From Candidatus Bathyarchaeota archaeon (GTDB taxonomy: Archaea > Thermoproteota > Bathyarchaeia > Bathyarchaeales > Bathycorpusculaceae): 64,000 nt of DNA. Positions 40,950 to 51,739 of this stretch are shown here, piece by piece. The notes beneath the pieces are model-generated. The model was given only the letters and a program-made list of their open reading frames with translations, was not told the DNA's origin and did no database searches. The first letter of the stretch is position 1, and each line of letters begins with the position of its first letter. Where the stretch lies: the NCBI GenBank assembly GCA_963775465.1, contig CAVZIW010000013.1, positions 64,001-128,000 of the forward strand. The letters are read 5' to 3'. The position numbers and the translations under genes are program-made.

Positions 40950-43364
40950 ATCACCGAAGCCAAAACCAAAAAAATCACTCTCAACATAGGCGGCATGACC
41001 TGCATAAACTGCGCTAACACAATAGAAAAAGCGCTATCCAAACTCAACGGCGTAACCCAAGCAACCGTAAACCTCGCCGCCGAAAAAGCCATCATAGACT
41101 ACAACCCGAACACAGTAGACCAAAAAACCATAGAGGAAGCCATAACCACTGCCGGCTACAAAGTCATCCATGAAAAAATCAGCCTCCAAGTAGGCGGAAT
41201 GACATGCGTTAACTGCGCCAAAACCATCGAAAAAGCACTAAACAACCGCGAAGGAGTATACAACGCAACAGTAGTTTTCGCAGCAGAAAAAGTCACCATC
41301 GAATACAACCCAGACCAAATCAGTCTCCCAGCGATTAAAAAAATAATCCAAGATGCAGGATACACAGTTGTCGAACCTAAACCTCAAGACGGTGCTGAAG
41401 ATAAAGCACGCAAACGTCACATCCAACACCTAAAACTTCTTTTAACCGCTAGCATTGGCCTTACAATCCCAATTATAGCGTTGATGTGGCTCTCCCCTTT
41501 ACCGATGGAACAAACAAACATCCTGATGTTTCTTCTAGCGTCACCAGTGCAGTTTGTGGTTGGGTGGACGTTTTATGTTGGAACCTATAAGGGGCTAAAG
41601 AACAAAACCGCAAACATGGACACCTTAATAGCAATGGGCACATCCACCGCTTACTTTTACAGTACTGTCGTTACTTTTATTCCAAAGTTATTCCCCAACG
41701 CAGCAGTTTTCTTCGATACAGCCACCATGATAATGACTTTCATACTCTTGGGCAAACTCTTAGATGCAATAGCCAAAGGGAGAACATCAGAGGCTATACG
41801 CAAAATTATGGGTCTCCAAGCAAAAGTCGCCCGCATAATTCGCAACAACCAAGAAATGGAAGTCCCCATCGAGGAGGTCATTGTAGGCGATATCGTTATT
41901 GTGCGTCCTGGAGAAAAAATTCCCGTAGACGGAACAATAATCGAAGGCTACTCCGGCGTTGACGAGAAAGTAATCACAGGCGAAAGCATCCCTGTCGAGA
42001 AAAAAGTCGGCGATCAAGTTGTGGGCGCAACAATCAACAAAACAGGTATGCTTAAATTCCGCGCAACAAAGGTGGGCAAAGATACAGTTTTAGCCCAAAT
42101 AATTAACCTTGTTGAAGAGGCATTAACCTCAAAAGCACCCGTACAAAGAATAGCTGACGTCGCAGCAGGCTACTTTGTACCAGTCATTATAATTACTGCA
42201 ACTCTTTCCGCTTTAGCTTGGTACTTCATAGCGGGTGAAAGCTTCATTTTCGCGTTAACTGTGTTCATCGCAGTCGTAGTCGTAGCTTGCCCTTGTGCCC
42301 TCGGACTCGCAACTCCAACCGCCATCATGGTCGGAGTCGGAAAAGGCGCAGAAAACGGCATTCTAATAAAGAGCGGTGAAGCTCTCGAAGCAGTTCATAA
42401 ACTCAAAACAGTGGTTTTCGATAAAACGGGAACGCTCACTAAAGGCGAACCAGAAGTCACAGACATTTATCCAAATGAAGCATTCTCTGAAGAACAGCTG
42501 TTGCAGTTAGCCGCAGTAGCAGAAAAAAACTCTGAGCACCCATTGGGAGAAGCCATTTTGAAGAAAGCCAAAGAAAAAGGCCTCAAAGTTGAGGATCCAG
42601 AGCTCTTCAATGCCTTACCTGGCTACGGTGTAGAAGTAACTTACCGAAACGTTACAATTCTGCTCGGAAATCGAAAGTTGATGGAAGCTAACAATCTTGA
42701 AATCAGCAATTTAGAAGCGAAAATGACTAAACTCGAAGAATCGGGCAAAACAGCTATGCTTATCGCAGTAAATGGTCAAATTGCAGGTTTAATCGCTGTT
42801 GCGGACACTCTCAAAGAGAATTCCGCCGAGGCTGTAGTTAAACTCAAAGAAATGGGATTGGAAGTGATAATGATTTCAGGCGACAACCAACGTACCGCAA
42901 ACGCTATCGCAAGTCAAATCGGCGTCAGCAGAGTATTTGCAGAAGTTTTGCCCAGCGAAAAAGCTAGTGAAATTAAACGGCTACAAGCTGAAAACAAAGT
43001 GGTCGCTATGGTCGGAGACGGCATAAACGATGCTCCAGCATTAGCCCAAGCAAACATCGGAATTGCAGTCGGAAGCGGCACAGACGTAGCCATGGAAACA
43101 GGAGATATAGTGTTAATAAAAAATGACCTACGCGACGTGATAATAGCAATCCAACTCAGTCGAGCAACGATGAGAAAGATTCGTCAAAACCTGTTTTGGG
43201 CATTCTTCTACAATGTTGCACTTATTCCTTTGGCAGCGGGTGTATTCTACCCAATTCTGCATGTACTCTTTAACCCAGTTTACGCTGCAGCTGCAATGGC
43301 AAGCAGCTCCGTAACGGTTGTCACAAACGCATCATTACTTAGGCGATTTAAACCGAAACTCTAA
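40950..43364 (+). CDS. copA: Cu(I)-translocating P1B-type ATPase, two HMA domains; apparent ATC start
   Basis: GMTCxxC twice, TGES, CPC, DKTGT, HP, GDGIND, YN and MxxSS; GGAGG RBS precedes ATC at 40950. Confidence 0.95.
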   Translation: MTEAKTKKITLNIGGMTCINCANTIEKALSKLNGVTQATVNLAAEKAIIDYNPNTVDQKTIEEAITTAGYKVIHEKISLQVGGMTCVNCAKTIEKALNNREGVYNATVVFAAEKVTIEYNPDQISLPAIKKIIQDAGYTVVEPKPQDGAEDKARKRHIQHLKLLLTASIGLTIPIIALMWLSPLPMEQTNILMFLLASPVQFVVGWTFYVGTYKGLKNKTANMDTLIAMGTSTAYFYSTVVTFIPKLFPNAAVFFDTATMIMTFILLGKLLDAIAKGRTSEAIRKIMGLQAKVARIIRNNQEMEVPIEEVIVGDIVIVRPGEKIPVDGTIIEGYSGVDEKVITGESIPVEKKVGDQVVGATINKTGMLKFRATKVGKDTVLAQIINLVEEALTSKAPVQRIADVAAGYFVPVIIITATLSALAWYFIAGESFIFALTVFIAVVVVACPCALGLATPTAIMVGVGKGAENGILIKSGEALEAVHKLKTVVFDKTGTLTKGEPEVTDIYPNEAFSEEQLLQLAAVAEKNSEHPLGEAILKKAKEKGLKVEDPELFNALPGYGVEVTYRNVTILLGNRKLMEANNLEISNLEAKMTKLEESGKTAMLIAVNGQIAGLIAVADTLKENSAEAVVKLKEMGLEVIMISGDNQRTANAIASQIGVSRVFAEVLPSEKASEIKRLQAENKVVAMVGDGINDAPALAQANIGIAVGSGTDVAMETGDIVLIKNDLRDVIIAIQLSRATMRKIRQNLFWAFFYNVALIPLAAGVFYPILHVLFNPVYAAAAMASSSVTVVTNASLLRRFKPKL

Positions 43365-43401
43365 GTACAACCAACCCCATAGAAATGGAGGTGAACAAAA
43401 T

Positions 43402-43593
43402 ATGGCAAAAGATTTAGTTTGCGGTATGGACGTAGATGAAAAGACAGCAAAGTACAAAACTCTCTACCAAGGCAAATACTATTATTTCTGCGCAGCTGGA
43501 TGTAAGAAATCCTTCGAAGCAAACCCCCCGCTATACCTAAACGGCGGCGGTTCCAAAGGTCACAACTGTTCATGCGACTGCGGAGGACACTAA
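43402..43593 (+). CDS. YHS/TRASH domain metal-binding protein
   Basis: DLVCGMDVD, YYFCAAGC, Cys/His tail HNCSCDCGGH. Confidence 0.9.
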   Translation: MAKDLVCGMDVDEKTAKYKTLYQGKYYYFCAAGCKKSFEANPPLYLNGGGSKGHNCSCDCGGH

Positions 43594-43625
43594 AAACAAC
43601 AGATTTTCATCAGGTTCTCTTTTTT

Positions 43626-44273
43626 TCAAGTCTTAAATGCACCCAACAAAACATGCTCCGCAAAAAGATCTTCATTAAAAGCTCCGACAAACTCGATTTT
43701 CTCATTAATCACCACTTTAGGCACTCCAATAACGTTGTATTTCTGTGCCAAGTCGGGAAATTCGTTGGTTTCAATCACGTCAGCTTTTATCAGGTCACTT
43801 TCAATGGCCAGTTTGTGCGCTATGGCAGCCGCAATAGGGCAATGTGGGCAGGTTAGGGATACAAACACCTGAATATGTACAGATGTTTTAACGTCTACAA
43901 GGATTTGCTTAGTTTTCTCTGAGAGGTCAGTTTGCCCTCGTGACACATTGATTATTGCTTCTATTAAAGTCTGAAACTCATATCCATATGGTATACCATA
44001 AATTCTCACACCGTAATCTTTCTTGCCTATAATGGCTAATGCAGGAATCCGTTCGACACCAAATTCTTTAGCTTTATTAACGTCAGCAAAATCATGAACT
44101 TCATAAGTAATTTTATCACTAACAGTTGCGACATCTTGAGCAATCTTTCTAGTATCCGAACAATATCGGCATTCAAACTCTTGGGTAAACACAACAATTT
44201 TTACTGGATCAACCAATTTTTCCAGAAAATCTTTTTTCAACAGTTCTTTTTTGTCATCTGGAAGTAAACTCAA
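43626..44273 (-). CDS. protein disulfide oxidoreductase (two thioredoxin folds)
   Basis: CRYC and CPHC; GIPYGYEF; GVP. Confidence 0.92.
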   Translation of the reverse strand: MSLLPDDKKELLKKDFLEKLVDPVKIVVFTQEFECRYCSDTRKIAQDVATVSDKITYEVHDFADVNKAKEFGVERIPALAIIGKKDYGVRIYGIPYGYEFQTLIEAIINVSRGQTDLSEKTKQILVDVKTSVHIQVFVSLTCPHCPIAAAIAHKLAIESDLIKADVIETNEFPDLAQKYNVIGVPKVVINEKIEFVGAFNEDLFAEHVLLGAFKT

Positions 44274-44438
44274 ATTCCTGCGCCCCACAACATAGTGCCC
44301 TTGAACTTTGATTTAACTGTGTATTTTCCTCAATATAACTGTGGCAGCTAGCTAGAGATAGCTTCAACGAAATTAATATAAAGGCACCAAAATCTATACT
44401 TAACAATCTTTCTAGAGTAAATTTTGGAGAAATAAAAA

Positions 44439-45629
44439 ATGGTTAAAGTCACCCTAAAAGATGGAGTAAACTGGGTTGGAGTCGTCGACTGGAATATACG
44501 AGACTTCCACGGTTACGTTACATCCAGAGGAAGCAGTTACAACGCATATTTAGTAATCGACGAGAAAACCGCCCTTGTTGATACCGTGAAATGCAACTTC
44601 TGCGAGGAACTCATTGCCCACATTGAAGAAATAACCAGCTTCAATAAAATCGACTACATCATTGTTAACCATGTAGAGATGGATCACTCAAGCAGCCTAC
44701 CAACAATCGCTAAACTCGCAAAAAATGCTCGAATCTTCTCAACCGCACGGGGCAAGGAAGAACTCATCAAACATTTCGGCGTAGAATTCGAGCGGATCGA
44801 AATCGTCAAATCAGGCGACAAAATTAGTCTGGGCAAAAAAACGTTAACTTTCCTTGAGGCGCCAATGCTTCACTGGCCCGACAGCATGTTTACCTATATT
44901 ATTGAAGACAAAATCCTGTTACCCAACGACGCGTTTGGCCAGCACCTCGCTAGCTCCGGACGTTTCGACGACGAAGTCGACCAAAACATACTGATGGAAG
45001 AAGCAGTCACCTACTATGCCAACATCCTCATGCTCTACGCGCCTCTTATCGTCAAAAAAATCCAAGAGGTCGCGGATGCAAAAATCCCAATCGACATCAT
45101 CGCCCCAAGCCACGGTGTAATATGGCGCAAAGACCCCATGAAAATCGTCAACGCCTACCTGGATTGGAGTACTGGCAAAGCAACCAAACAAAAAGTTCTC
45201 GTGGTCTTTGACACAATGTGGGGAAGCACCGACAAAATGGCACGCGCGATCGCTGACGGCATAAAAAGCCAAAACGTCGAGTACAAAGTGCTAAAACTGC
45301 GAAACACCGACAACACAGATGTTGTCACCGAAGTATTGGACTCTAAAGTCGTTTTGGTAGGTTCTCCAACGCTAAACAACGGCATGTTCCCTTCAGTTGG
45401 CTCTTTCCTAACATACATCACCGGCCTAAAACCTAAAGGCAAACTCTGGGGCTTCTTTGGCTCATACGGCTGGGGAGGAGGAGCAACACGAAACATGACC
45501 AAAATAGCTAAAGAAGCAGGCTTCGACATAATGGAACAGACGATGGAAGCAAAATGGATCCCCACCGATGAAGAACTCCAAAAATGCTTTGACTTCGGTG
45601 TACAAATCGCAGAAAAAGCTAAAGCCTAA
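44439..45629 (+). CDS. fprA: flavodiiron protein (FprA, O2/NO reductase)
   Basis: HVEMDH, HWPD, NDAFG, PSHG; flavodoxin TMWGST and GSYGW. Confidence 0.96.
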   Translation: MVKVTLKDGVNWVGVVDWNIRDFHGYVTSRGSSYNAYLVIDEKTALVDTVKCNFCEELIAHIEEITSFNKIDYIIVNHVEMDHSSSLPTIAKLAKNARIFSTARGKEELIKHFGVEFERIEIVKSGDKISLGKKTLTFLEAPMLHWPDSMFTYIIEDKILLPNDAFGQHLASSGRFDDEVDQNILMEEAVTYYANILMLYAPLIVKKIQEVADAKIPIDIIAPSHGVIWRKDPMKIVNAYLDWSTGKATKQKVLVVFDTMWGSTDKMARAIADGIKSQNVEYKVLKLRNTDNTDVVTEVLDSKVVLVGSPTLNNGMFPSVGSFLTYITGLKPKGKLWGFFGSYGWGGGATRNMTKIAKEAGFDIMEQTMEAKWIPTDEELQKCFDFGVQIAEKAKA

Positions 45630-46081
45630 CTTTTTCTTCTTTATCCAATAATTAAATAAGGTCGGCAGAATTTTAAAACTAGTTAATCACTTTACATATC
45701 CATTGAAACTGCAAGGCTTATTGTAAACAAAGCAATCGTTTCTACAGAAAATAAAAGACGAAAAAACCAGACCAATGACATCAAAGGGCAATCAGAGTTC
45801 TTGCCGATTAAGGCTTAGAAGACAAACACCCTCATAATTCTCTTAATCTCCCCAAAAATGAAGCCCATTACAATGTCAAGAAGAACAAAATCTTCAAAAA
45901 AATCCCCGATTTCAGGCTAAAAATCAGCCTCTCTGTGTATGGATAGGTTTGTAGAACTACAAGAATTTTTAGATGTTGAAGTTCTAGGCAGACAAACAAA
46001 AATGACGGAAAATAATGATACAAATAAATTTTGCAAAACCCTAAGCTAAAATAAAAAAAACAAAAATAAAAGTAGTTTGTG

Positions 46082-46585
46082 TTACTCGATTTTCATAAAT
46101 TTCTCTTTCTTCGTTGCGCAGATTGGGCACATGTCAGGTGTGTTTCCTTCGAACGTGTTTCCACAAACAGGACACACATACATGTCGACTTTCGGCAGCT
46201 CCTTCTTGTTTTTGAGTGCATCAAGCGCCTTTTGATAGAGGTTCGCATGAATTTGCTCCACTTTGTTAGCGTATTCAAAGCTTTGAAGAGCTTTTTTATT
46301 ACCTTCGTTTTTTGCATCCTCAATAAATTGGGGATACATTGACTTAAATTCGTAGGTTTCACCTGAAACTGCAGTGCCTAAATTTTCCGCCGTTGACTTG
46401 ACTTGTCCCATCACATTAAGATGGTTTAGAGCATGCACAGTTTCTGCTTCTGCAGCAGCTTTGAAGAGTTTTGCAACCTGAGTTAAGCCCTCTTCCTCTG
46501 CTTTTTTTGCAAACGCCAAGTACATGCGGTTTGCTTGAGATTCACCTGCAAAAGCAGCCTTCAAATTTTCTTCAGTTTTAACCAT
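46082..46585 (-). CDS. rbr: rubrerythrin
   Basis: AFAGESQA, EAETVHA, EQIHA, CPVCG...CPIC. Confidence 0.96.
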   Translation of the reverse strand: MVKTEENLKAAFAGESQANRMYLAFAKKAEEEGLTQVAKLFKAAAEAETVHALNHLNVMGQVKSTAENLGTAVSGETYEFKSMYPQFIEDAKNEGNKKALQSFEYANKVEQIHANLYQKALDALKNKKELPKVDMYVCPVCGNTFEGNTPDMCPICATKKEKFMKIE

Positions 46586-46724
46586 AAATTTTCACCAAAA
46601 AAGTAGTAGCAAACGTAAGTAATAAGCAATGCGAACAAACATCAAAGAGCACCGAAGTATGACGAAACCTTCTGAAACCTGATCAAATGAAACAAAGTCA
46701 ACAAACCTAAGTCATATGAAGTAG

Positions 46725-47369
46725 TTAACACGTTTTTAGCAACTTTACAAAAGCTACTGGTTTTGTAACGATTCCCTTTTTTAGGTAAATTGATACAGCT
46801 GAAATTTTCTTGGCAGGATCATTTCTCATGTTGATGGAATAAAGATAAAACAGTTTGACACCAACAGGATCTTTTGTCAATTGACCTGACTCCAATTTAA
46901 GCGACAGAGAAATCGCTTCGTTTATGGATCCTCCCGCAGCAATTAATTTTATCTCGTCAAACCTAGCCAATGCCATGAGGCTCCTGGTTACAAGTTTTTC
47001 CATTGGAATCTCATGACCTACACTGATCGTTCGATCTCCGATATTATCCATCGCCTGCTCTTCTTCTGCGACCAAGCGCTCATAGTTTACGGATTCTTGC
47101 TGAGTAACATGCGCATAAATTGCAGGTACCTTTCCAAGGGTCACGTCGTCGACGTATCCGAAGTTGATTTGATCTAAATAGACTTTTGCGATTTCACTAG
47201 ATAAATTCAAAGCAGAACAAACCAAAAAGATCGATTCAGCTATACCAACAATTTCGACAACGCCATCGTTCATTATGCCTGATATAATCCTTTCTGTAAC
47301 ATCACTAATTTTCAGTGAAACATCAGTTGACCCTATAACTATCGTCTTACCATTCGGCTGCCCACTCAT
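46725..47369 (-). CDS. tandem Alba-like domain protein
   Basis: Second half TISVG..PMEKLV...EIKLIAAGGSINEAI...KISAVSIYLKK follows the Alba pattern; first half is a weaker repeat. Confidence 0.6.
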   Translation of the reverse strand: MSGQPNGKTIVIGSTDVSLKISDVTERIISGIMNDGVVEIVGIAESIFLVCSALNLSSEIAKVYLDQINFGYVDDVTLGKVPAIYAHVTQQESVNYERLVAEEEQAMDNIGDRTISVGHEIPMEKLVTRSLMALARFDEIKLIAAGGSINEAISLSLKLESGQLTKDPVGVKLFYLYSINMRNDPAKKISAVSIYLKKGIVTKPVAFVKLLKTC

Positions 47370-47445
47370 GAACAATACACTAAGAACTTAATTGTACAGC
47401 TAATGAATATAACACTTTTACTTAAATATAAAAAGGGATTTCCAC

Positions 47446-47763
47446 CTACGGGGGCGGAGTAATTTTTATCGCTGCTGCTGGACACTGCATCTCGCAAGCT
47501 AAACATTGTATGCAGTCTTTTTCGCGTGCAGGATCAGATTTCCTATCAGACAGTGGATGCCCAGGAGAATCAGCCCAATCATAAAGCGATACTGGACAAA
47601 CATCTATACAAACCCCATCACCGAGGCATGAATCCCAATCTACTGCACTGGTTGTTCCATGAATCCCAAGCTTAGTAGGAGGTTCAATGGGTCCCCAAAC
47701 TTTGTGACCGTTGTGTTCACTTACAACTTTTCGGTTTGTTTGAAAATCAGGGTCAATTGGCAA
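47446..47763 (-). CDS. zinc-containing dicluster ferredoxin (Sulfolobus Zfx-like)
   Basis: PIDPDF..NR.VV.EH.GHKVWGP..PP.KLGIHGT extension; CLGDGVC..CP and CIQCLAC..CP. Confidence 0.92.
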   Translation of the reverse strand: MPIDPDFQTNRKVVSEHNGHKVWGPIEPPTKLGIHGTTSAVDWDSCLGDGVCIDVCPVSLYDWADSPGHPLSDRKSDPAREKDCIQCLACEMQCPAAAIKITPPP

Positions 47764-47869
47764 AAACTTCACCGTAATAACTTCACAAAAGCGCAGATAT
47801 TAGTTTTTCTGCTACCCTTGGTTGCCACAAAGGTTTTTGGCAACTTGTTGCATCTAAATTAAGGATAGA

Positions 47870-48631
47870 ATGGCACAGTATTACTTACCTCCTGGGATGC
47901 GGTTTTCGACTCTTGAAGAACGCAAAGAATTCTATATACAAGAATTCAGCCCACAACAAGCTACACAATGGCTCTCTAACGATATGGGCAGAACAAAGTT
48001 TGCTGTTATCATTGGCAGGCACACAAAGATTTTCCCAGAAAAATACAAGCAAGATGCTGCTACAACAATAATTATTGATGAATACAAAACTATCAATGAT
48101 GTGCAAGAACAGGTTCTTGAGTTCTTACCTGAAGCGGTATACTACGATCGCAACCTCTACGATGGAAATGACCGTGTCATAGGTCAGGAACTCGCTTTTG
48201 ACCTTGACCCGGAAAACATAAATTGTCCAATCCACGGCACCTTAGCGGATAAGATGAAAAGGAAGCAAGGGTTAAGTTTTTGCGAGTTAGAGCTAGACAT
48301 GATAAAGAAAGAAACCGTCGCGCTTCACGAATATTTGCAGAAGCTTTTTTCAGATTTAAGGATCGTATATTCAGGCAGAGGTTTCCACATTCATGTGTTT
48401 GATGAAAAAGCCTACAACCTGAATATCCAGCAGAGAATAAACATTGCACGACAAGCTAAGCAGGAAGGCTTTCACATTGATGAATGGGTAACTTCAGGCG
48501 AGTACCGTTTAATCCGGCTTCCTTACAGTCTAAATGGAATAGTCTCAAGAAAAGTGCTACCGCTAAAAAAAGAAGAATTAGAAAGCTTCAACCCCGTCCA
48601 TGACAAACGGTGCCTGCCAACTTTTCTATAA
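47870..48631 (+). CDS. archaeo-eukaryotic primase (PriS-like) family protein
   Basis: ELAFDLD, YSGRGFHIH, RLIRLPYSLN, CPIH..C Zn knuckle. Confidence 0.85.
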   Translation: MAQYYLPPGMRFSTLEERKEFYIQEFSPQQATQWLSNDMGRTKFAVIIGRHTKIFPEKYKQDAATTIIIDEYKTINDVQEQVLEFLPEAVYYDRNLYDGNDRVIGQELAFDLDPENINCPIHGTLADKMKRKQGLSFCELELDMIKKETVALHEYLQKLFSDLRIVYSGRGFHIHVFDEKAYNLNIQQRINIARQAKQEGFHIDEWVTSGEYRLIRLPYSLNGIVSRKVLPLKKEELESFNPVHDKRCLPTFL

Positions 48632-48638
48632 AACAAGG

Positions 48639-48731
48639 TTACTTTTTAACTTCTTTAGCTTTCTTTTCAGTTTTACTATAATAAGCTTGTTTTTTCTTTT
48701 CCTCTTCTGCAGTCATAGGTTTTTTAGCCAT
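48639..48731 (-). CDS. 30-aa Lys/Glu-rich microprotein
   Basis: MAKKPMTAEEEKKKQAYYSKTEKKAKEVKK; GGAGG RBS upstream. Confidence 0.55.
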   Translation of the reverse strand: MAKKPMTAEEEKKKQAYYSKTEKKAKEVKK

Positions 48732-49049
48732 TAAAAATCCTCCAATAAAACTTACCTTTAACTTGAATAAAAGATTTTCCAGCAACCATTCCTCAGAAAA
48801 ATTTGTTTGCCTTGATCATTCTAGTTATTTACATCGAGTTCTATTCACGGAGCGTTGATGTAAAACTGGTCAGGTTCAGATTCAGGCATAATTATTGCCT
48901 CATTTCAGTGTAGCAGGGTTAAAAGATTACTTTTTGTTGAGTATTTAGAAGCTTTGCCAGCTTGGCTTTAACACCTGTTCTTACTTTGATGCCTTTGGGT
49001 TATCTAAACAGTTATATGCGGCTTAAGGCAAAGTTAAGTTTGTGAGAAT

Positions 49050-49334
49050 ATGAATTTCTCAAAGATTTCTGGCAAAAAAAATGACCACAAGGTCACTCTC
49101 TATGCACTAAGCACTTGTGTTTGGTGCAAAATGACAAAACAATTCTTAACAGATAACGCAATCGAATATGAATTTGTAGATGTAGACTTACTCGATTCAC
49201 AAGACAAAGACAAAGCGCATCAAGCCATAACAAGCAAAGGCGGCATACTAAGCTACCCAACCACCATAGTAGACGACAAAATCGTAATCACTGGTTTTCG
49301 CAAAGACCAGCTAAAAGAGGCTCTGGGCATTTGA
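49050..49334 (+). CDS. glutaredoxin (NrdH-like)
   Basis: LSTCVWC, SYPT, ITGF. Confidence 0.92.
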   Translation: MNFSKISGKKNDHKVTLYALSTCVWCKMTKQFLTDNAIEYEFVDVDLLDSQDKDKAHQAITSKGGILSYPTTIVDDKIVITGFRKDQLKEALGI

Positions 49335-49888
49335 TAACAATAGAAGAAACCCGAAAAAGAGCAGAGGCAGACGCAAAAAGCTACGGTTACTACCTAACAC
49401 CCCAACCTGACCTACTGCAGATGTTTCTTGAAGGGTTAAAAACTAACGAGGACCGCTATGGATACCCCTCATGCCCATGCAGACTCGCCACAGGCAACTT
49501 TGAAGTCGACCGAGACATAATCTGCCCCTGCGACTATCGCGACCCCGACGTAGCAGAATTTGGCGCATGCTACTGCAGACTATACGTAAACAAAGCCGTT
49601 TTCGAAAGCAAAAACCTACCAGAAGTACCAGAACGAAGACCTCTAGAAAAACAAGGCAGAGCCTACGGATTAAAAAATGTACTTGCACCAGCCCAAGAAG
49701 AAAGCAAACCCTCATCAACGACAAAGACGCAACCTGCAAAAAACACAGAAGTGAAAAAGAAACTATGGTACTGCAAGCAATGCGGTTATGTGGTCTACCG
49801 AGAAGATCCGCCTTATGTCTGCCCTATATGTAAAGCTAAAAAAGAAATGTTTGCTAAAGTAGAGGCAAATATAGAGTTTAAGGGCTAA
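49331..49888 (+). CDS. ferredoxin:thioredoxin/disulfide reductase catalytic subunit fused to a rubredoxin-like domain
   Basis: CPCR, CPC, CYC motifs; C-terminal CKQCG...CPIC. Confidence 0.92.
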   Translation: MITIEETRKRAEADAKSYGYYLTPQPDLLQMFLEGLKTNEDRYGYPSCPCRLATGNFEVDRDIICPCDYRDPDVAEFGACYCRLYVNKAVFESKNLPEVPERRPLEKQGRAYGLKNVLAPAQEESKPSSTTKTQPAKNTEVKKKLWYCKQCGYVVYREDPPYVCPICKAKKEMFAKVEANIEFKG

Positions 49889-50038
49889 CTATTTTTCGAT
49901 TTCTACTTCGATTTTTTTCCAATCTTCTTTTATGCCTTTCAGAGAGGAAACGGCACCGGTTATTGTTCCATTCATAATTCTTTCAACAAACTCGTTAAGA
50001 GGAATTTCTTTATTATCAACTTTAAGCTTCAAACCCAT
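49889..50038 (-). CDS. 49-aa conserved small protein (missing from ORF track)
   Basis: MGLKLKVDNKEIPLNEFVERIMNGTITGAVSSLKGIKEDWKKIEVEIEK; GGTGA RBS. Confidence 0.75.
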   Translation of the reverse strand: MGLKLKVDNKEIPLNEFVERIMNGTITGAVSSLKGIKEDWKKIEVEIEK

Positions 50039-50548
50039 CTATATCACCATACATGCAAAGAATAAAAAACAAAAAGCATAAAAAAGGTTATCTAAGCATT
50101 CAAGTTACATCTGGAATTTTTTGAGTTTTTCTTTTATTTTTTTGATAAGACTTTAAAAAATAGGGTTCTAATTGTTATCTTTTATATTGTTATTATTCTT
50201 TTGTCCGTATCTGCCGCTTCCTTCTCAACATCGTGTATTTAGCAGAATTTACTAATCCTATCGGCATTAACTCTCTCCCGCAGTAAAAATGGGCTTTACC
50301 TCAACTCAGAACTTTGTCAAATTCTCCTATATCTCAACTCTTTCATCTGACGCTTTTAACATAATTTCAATTAAATAAAAAATTATACAAATATTGTCAG
50401 TAATTTGATGTTAATAGTTAGCAAATATCAATTAATAACTCAATAAATCAAACAAATATAAATAGCAGCGATAAGTTAGAGTAAAACTCTTTTACCCCAA
50501 ATGACTCTACCTCCATTAGAGACAAAACATTTCCTCGGAGGAAAAGCA

Positions 50549-51208
50549 TTGAACAAGCCAGAAATTTATCTTGAACCAAACAAAAGGGTTACAACAATAA
50601 TTGAACTCTTAGAAAAACAATATCCAACTGCAAAAACTGCTCTAAACTACTCTAACCCATTAGAGTTACTAGTCGCAACAATGCTATCAGCCCAAACAAC
50701 CGACACAAGAGTCAACATAGTAACACAAACTCTTTTTAAGAAATATCGTACAGCCCATGAATATGCTAATGCCGACTTAAAAGAACTTGAACAAGATATC
50801 CACTCAACTGGCTTTTACCATAATAAGGCTAAAAATCTTCAAAAATGCTGCAAACTGCTCGTAGAAAAATTTCACTCACAAGTACCAAAAACAATGGATG
50901 AGTTAATAGAACTGCCGGGAGTAGCAAGAAAAACTGCTAACATCGTTCTCTACAACGCTTATGGGATCATCGCGGGTATCGCTGTGGATACACATGTACG
51001 TAGACTATCATTGAGATTGGGATTAACTGATCAAAAAGACCAGGACAAAATAGAGCAAGATCTCATGTTGATTACTCCAAAAGAGAAATGGATGAAATTT
51101 ACTGACCTTTTAATTTTTCACGGCAGACAAGTTTGCAGTGCACAAAAGCCAGAATGTGAAATTTGTACACTAAACAAAATTTGCCCTTCGGCCTTCACCT
51201 TCAGTTAA
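50549..51208 (+). CDS. nth: endonuclease III
   Basis: [23 protein letters not shown]-x6-C-x2-C-x5-C; GGAGG then TTG. Confidence 0.96.
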   Translation: MNKPEIYLEPNKRVTTIIELLEKQYPTAKTALNYSNPLELLVATMLSAQTTDTRVNIVTQTLFKKYRTAHEYANADLKELEQDIHSTGFYHNKAKNLQKCCKLLVEKFHSQVPKTMDELIELPGVARKTANIVLYNAYGIIAGIAVDTHVRRLSLRLGLTDQKDQDKIEQDLMLITPKEKWMKFTDLLIFHGRQVCSAQKPECEICTLNKICPSAFTFS

Positions 51209-51258
51209 CATCAACCATTTATACAACCAATACATTCAATTCTACGAGGACTAATTTT

Positions 51259-51738
51259 ATGACAAACCAGATAAAAACGGGAGATAAAGCCCCGGATTTC
51301 ACGCTACCCGACACTAATTTGAAGCCTATAAGCCTCCATGATTTTTTGGGTAAAAAAGTAGTTATCGCGTTCTTTGTAGGTGCATTTACTTCTGTTTGCA
51401 CCAAAGAGGTATGTGAGTTCCGTGATTCAATGGCTCGACTTGTTGATTTGAACGCTCAGGTCTTAGGAATTGGTGTAAGCGACCCCTTCTCCAACAAAGC
51501 TTTTTCGGAGAAAAACAGATTGCCATTCCCAGTTCTCAGCGATTACAATCGTGAAGTAATCCAGAAGTACGATTTGGTGTTTCCCGATTTTGCCGGACTT
51601 AAAGGTTATACAGTTGCTAAACGTTCAATCTTTGTCCTAGATGAAAAGGGTATAGTGTGTTATATCTGGATATCTGAAGATCCCTCAATTGAACCTAAAT
51701 ATGGAGAAATCCAAAAAACTCTTGAACAAATGGCATAA
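51259..51738 (+). CDS. peroxiredoxin (BCP/AhpE-like)
   Basis: [28 protein letters not shown]. Confidence 0.93.
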   Translation: MTNQIKTGDKAPDFTLPDTNLKPISLHDFLGKKVVIAFFVGAFTSVCTKEVCEFRDSMARLVDLNAQVLGIGVSDPFSNKAFSEKNRLPFPVLSDYNREVIQKYDLVFPDFAGLKGYTVAKRSIFVLDEKGIVCYIWISEDPSIEPKYGEIQKTLEQMA

Positions 51739-51739
51739 T

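Noticed and set aside
45630-46080. Intergenic gap with 30-40-codon ORFs
   Set aside because: No RBS, motif or structure to support a feature
46656-46712. C/D-like string ATGACGA...CTGA...ATGAAA...CTAA
   Set aside because: D box is imperfect (CTAA), there is no terminal stem and no clear promoter
50040-50500. AT-rich stretch considered as a replication origin
   Set aside because: No ORB-like repeats and no adjacent cdc6/orc1; looks like eroded coding sequence
43626-51738. Possible selenocysteine/pyrrolysine read-through in redox genes
   Set aside because: All catalytic positions are Cys codons and the ORFs are full length
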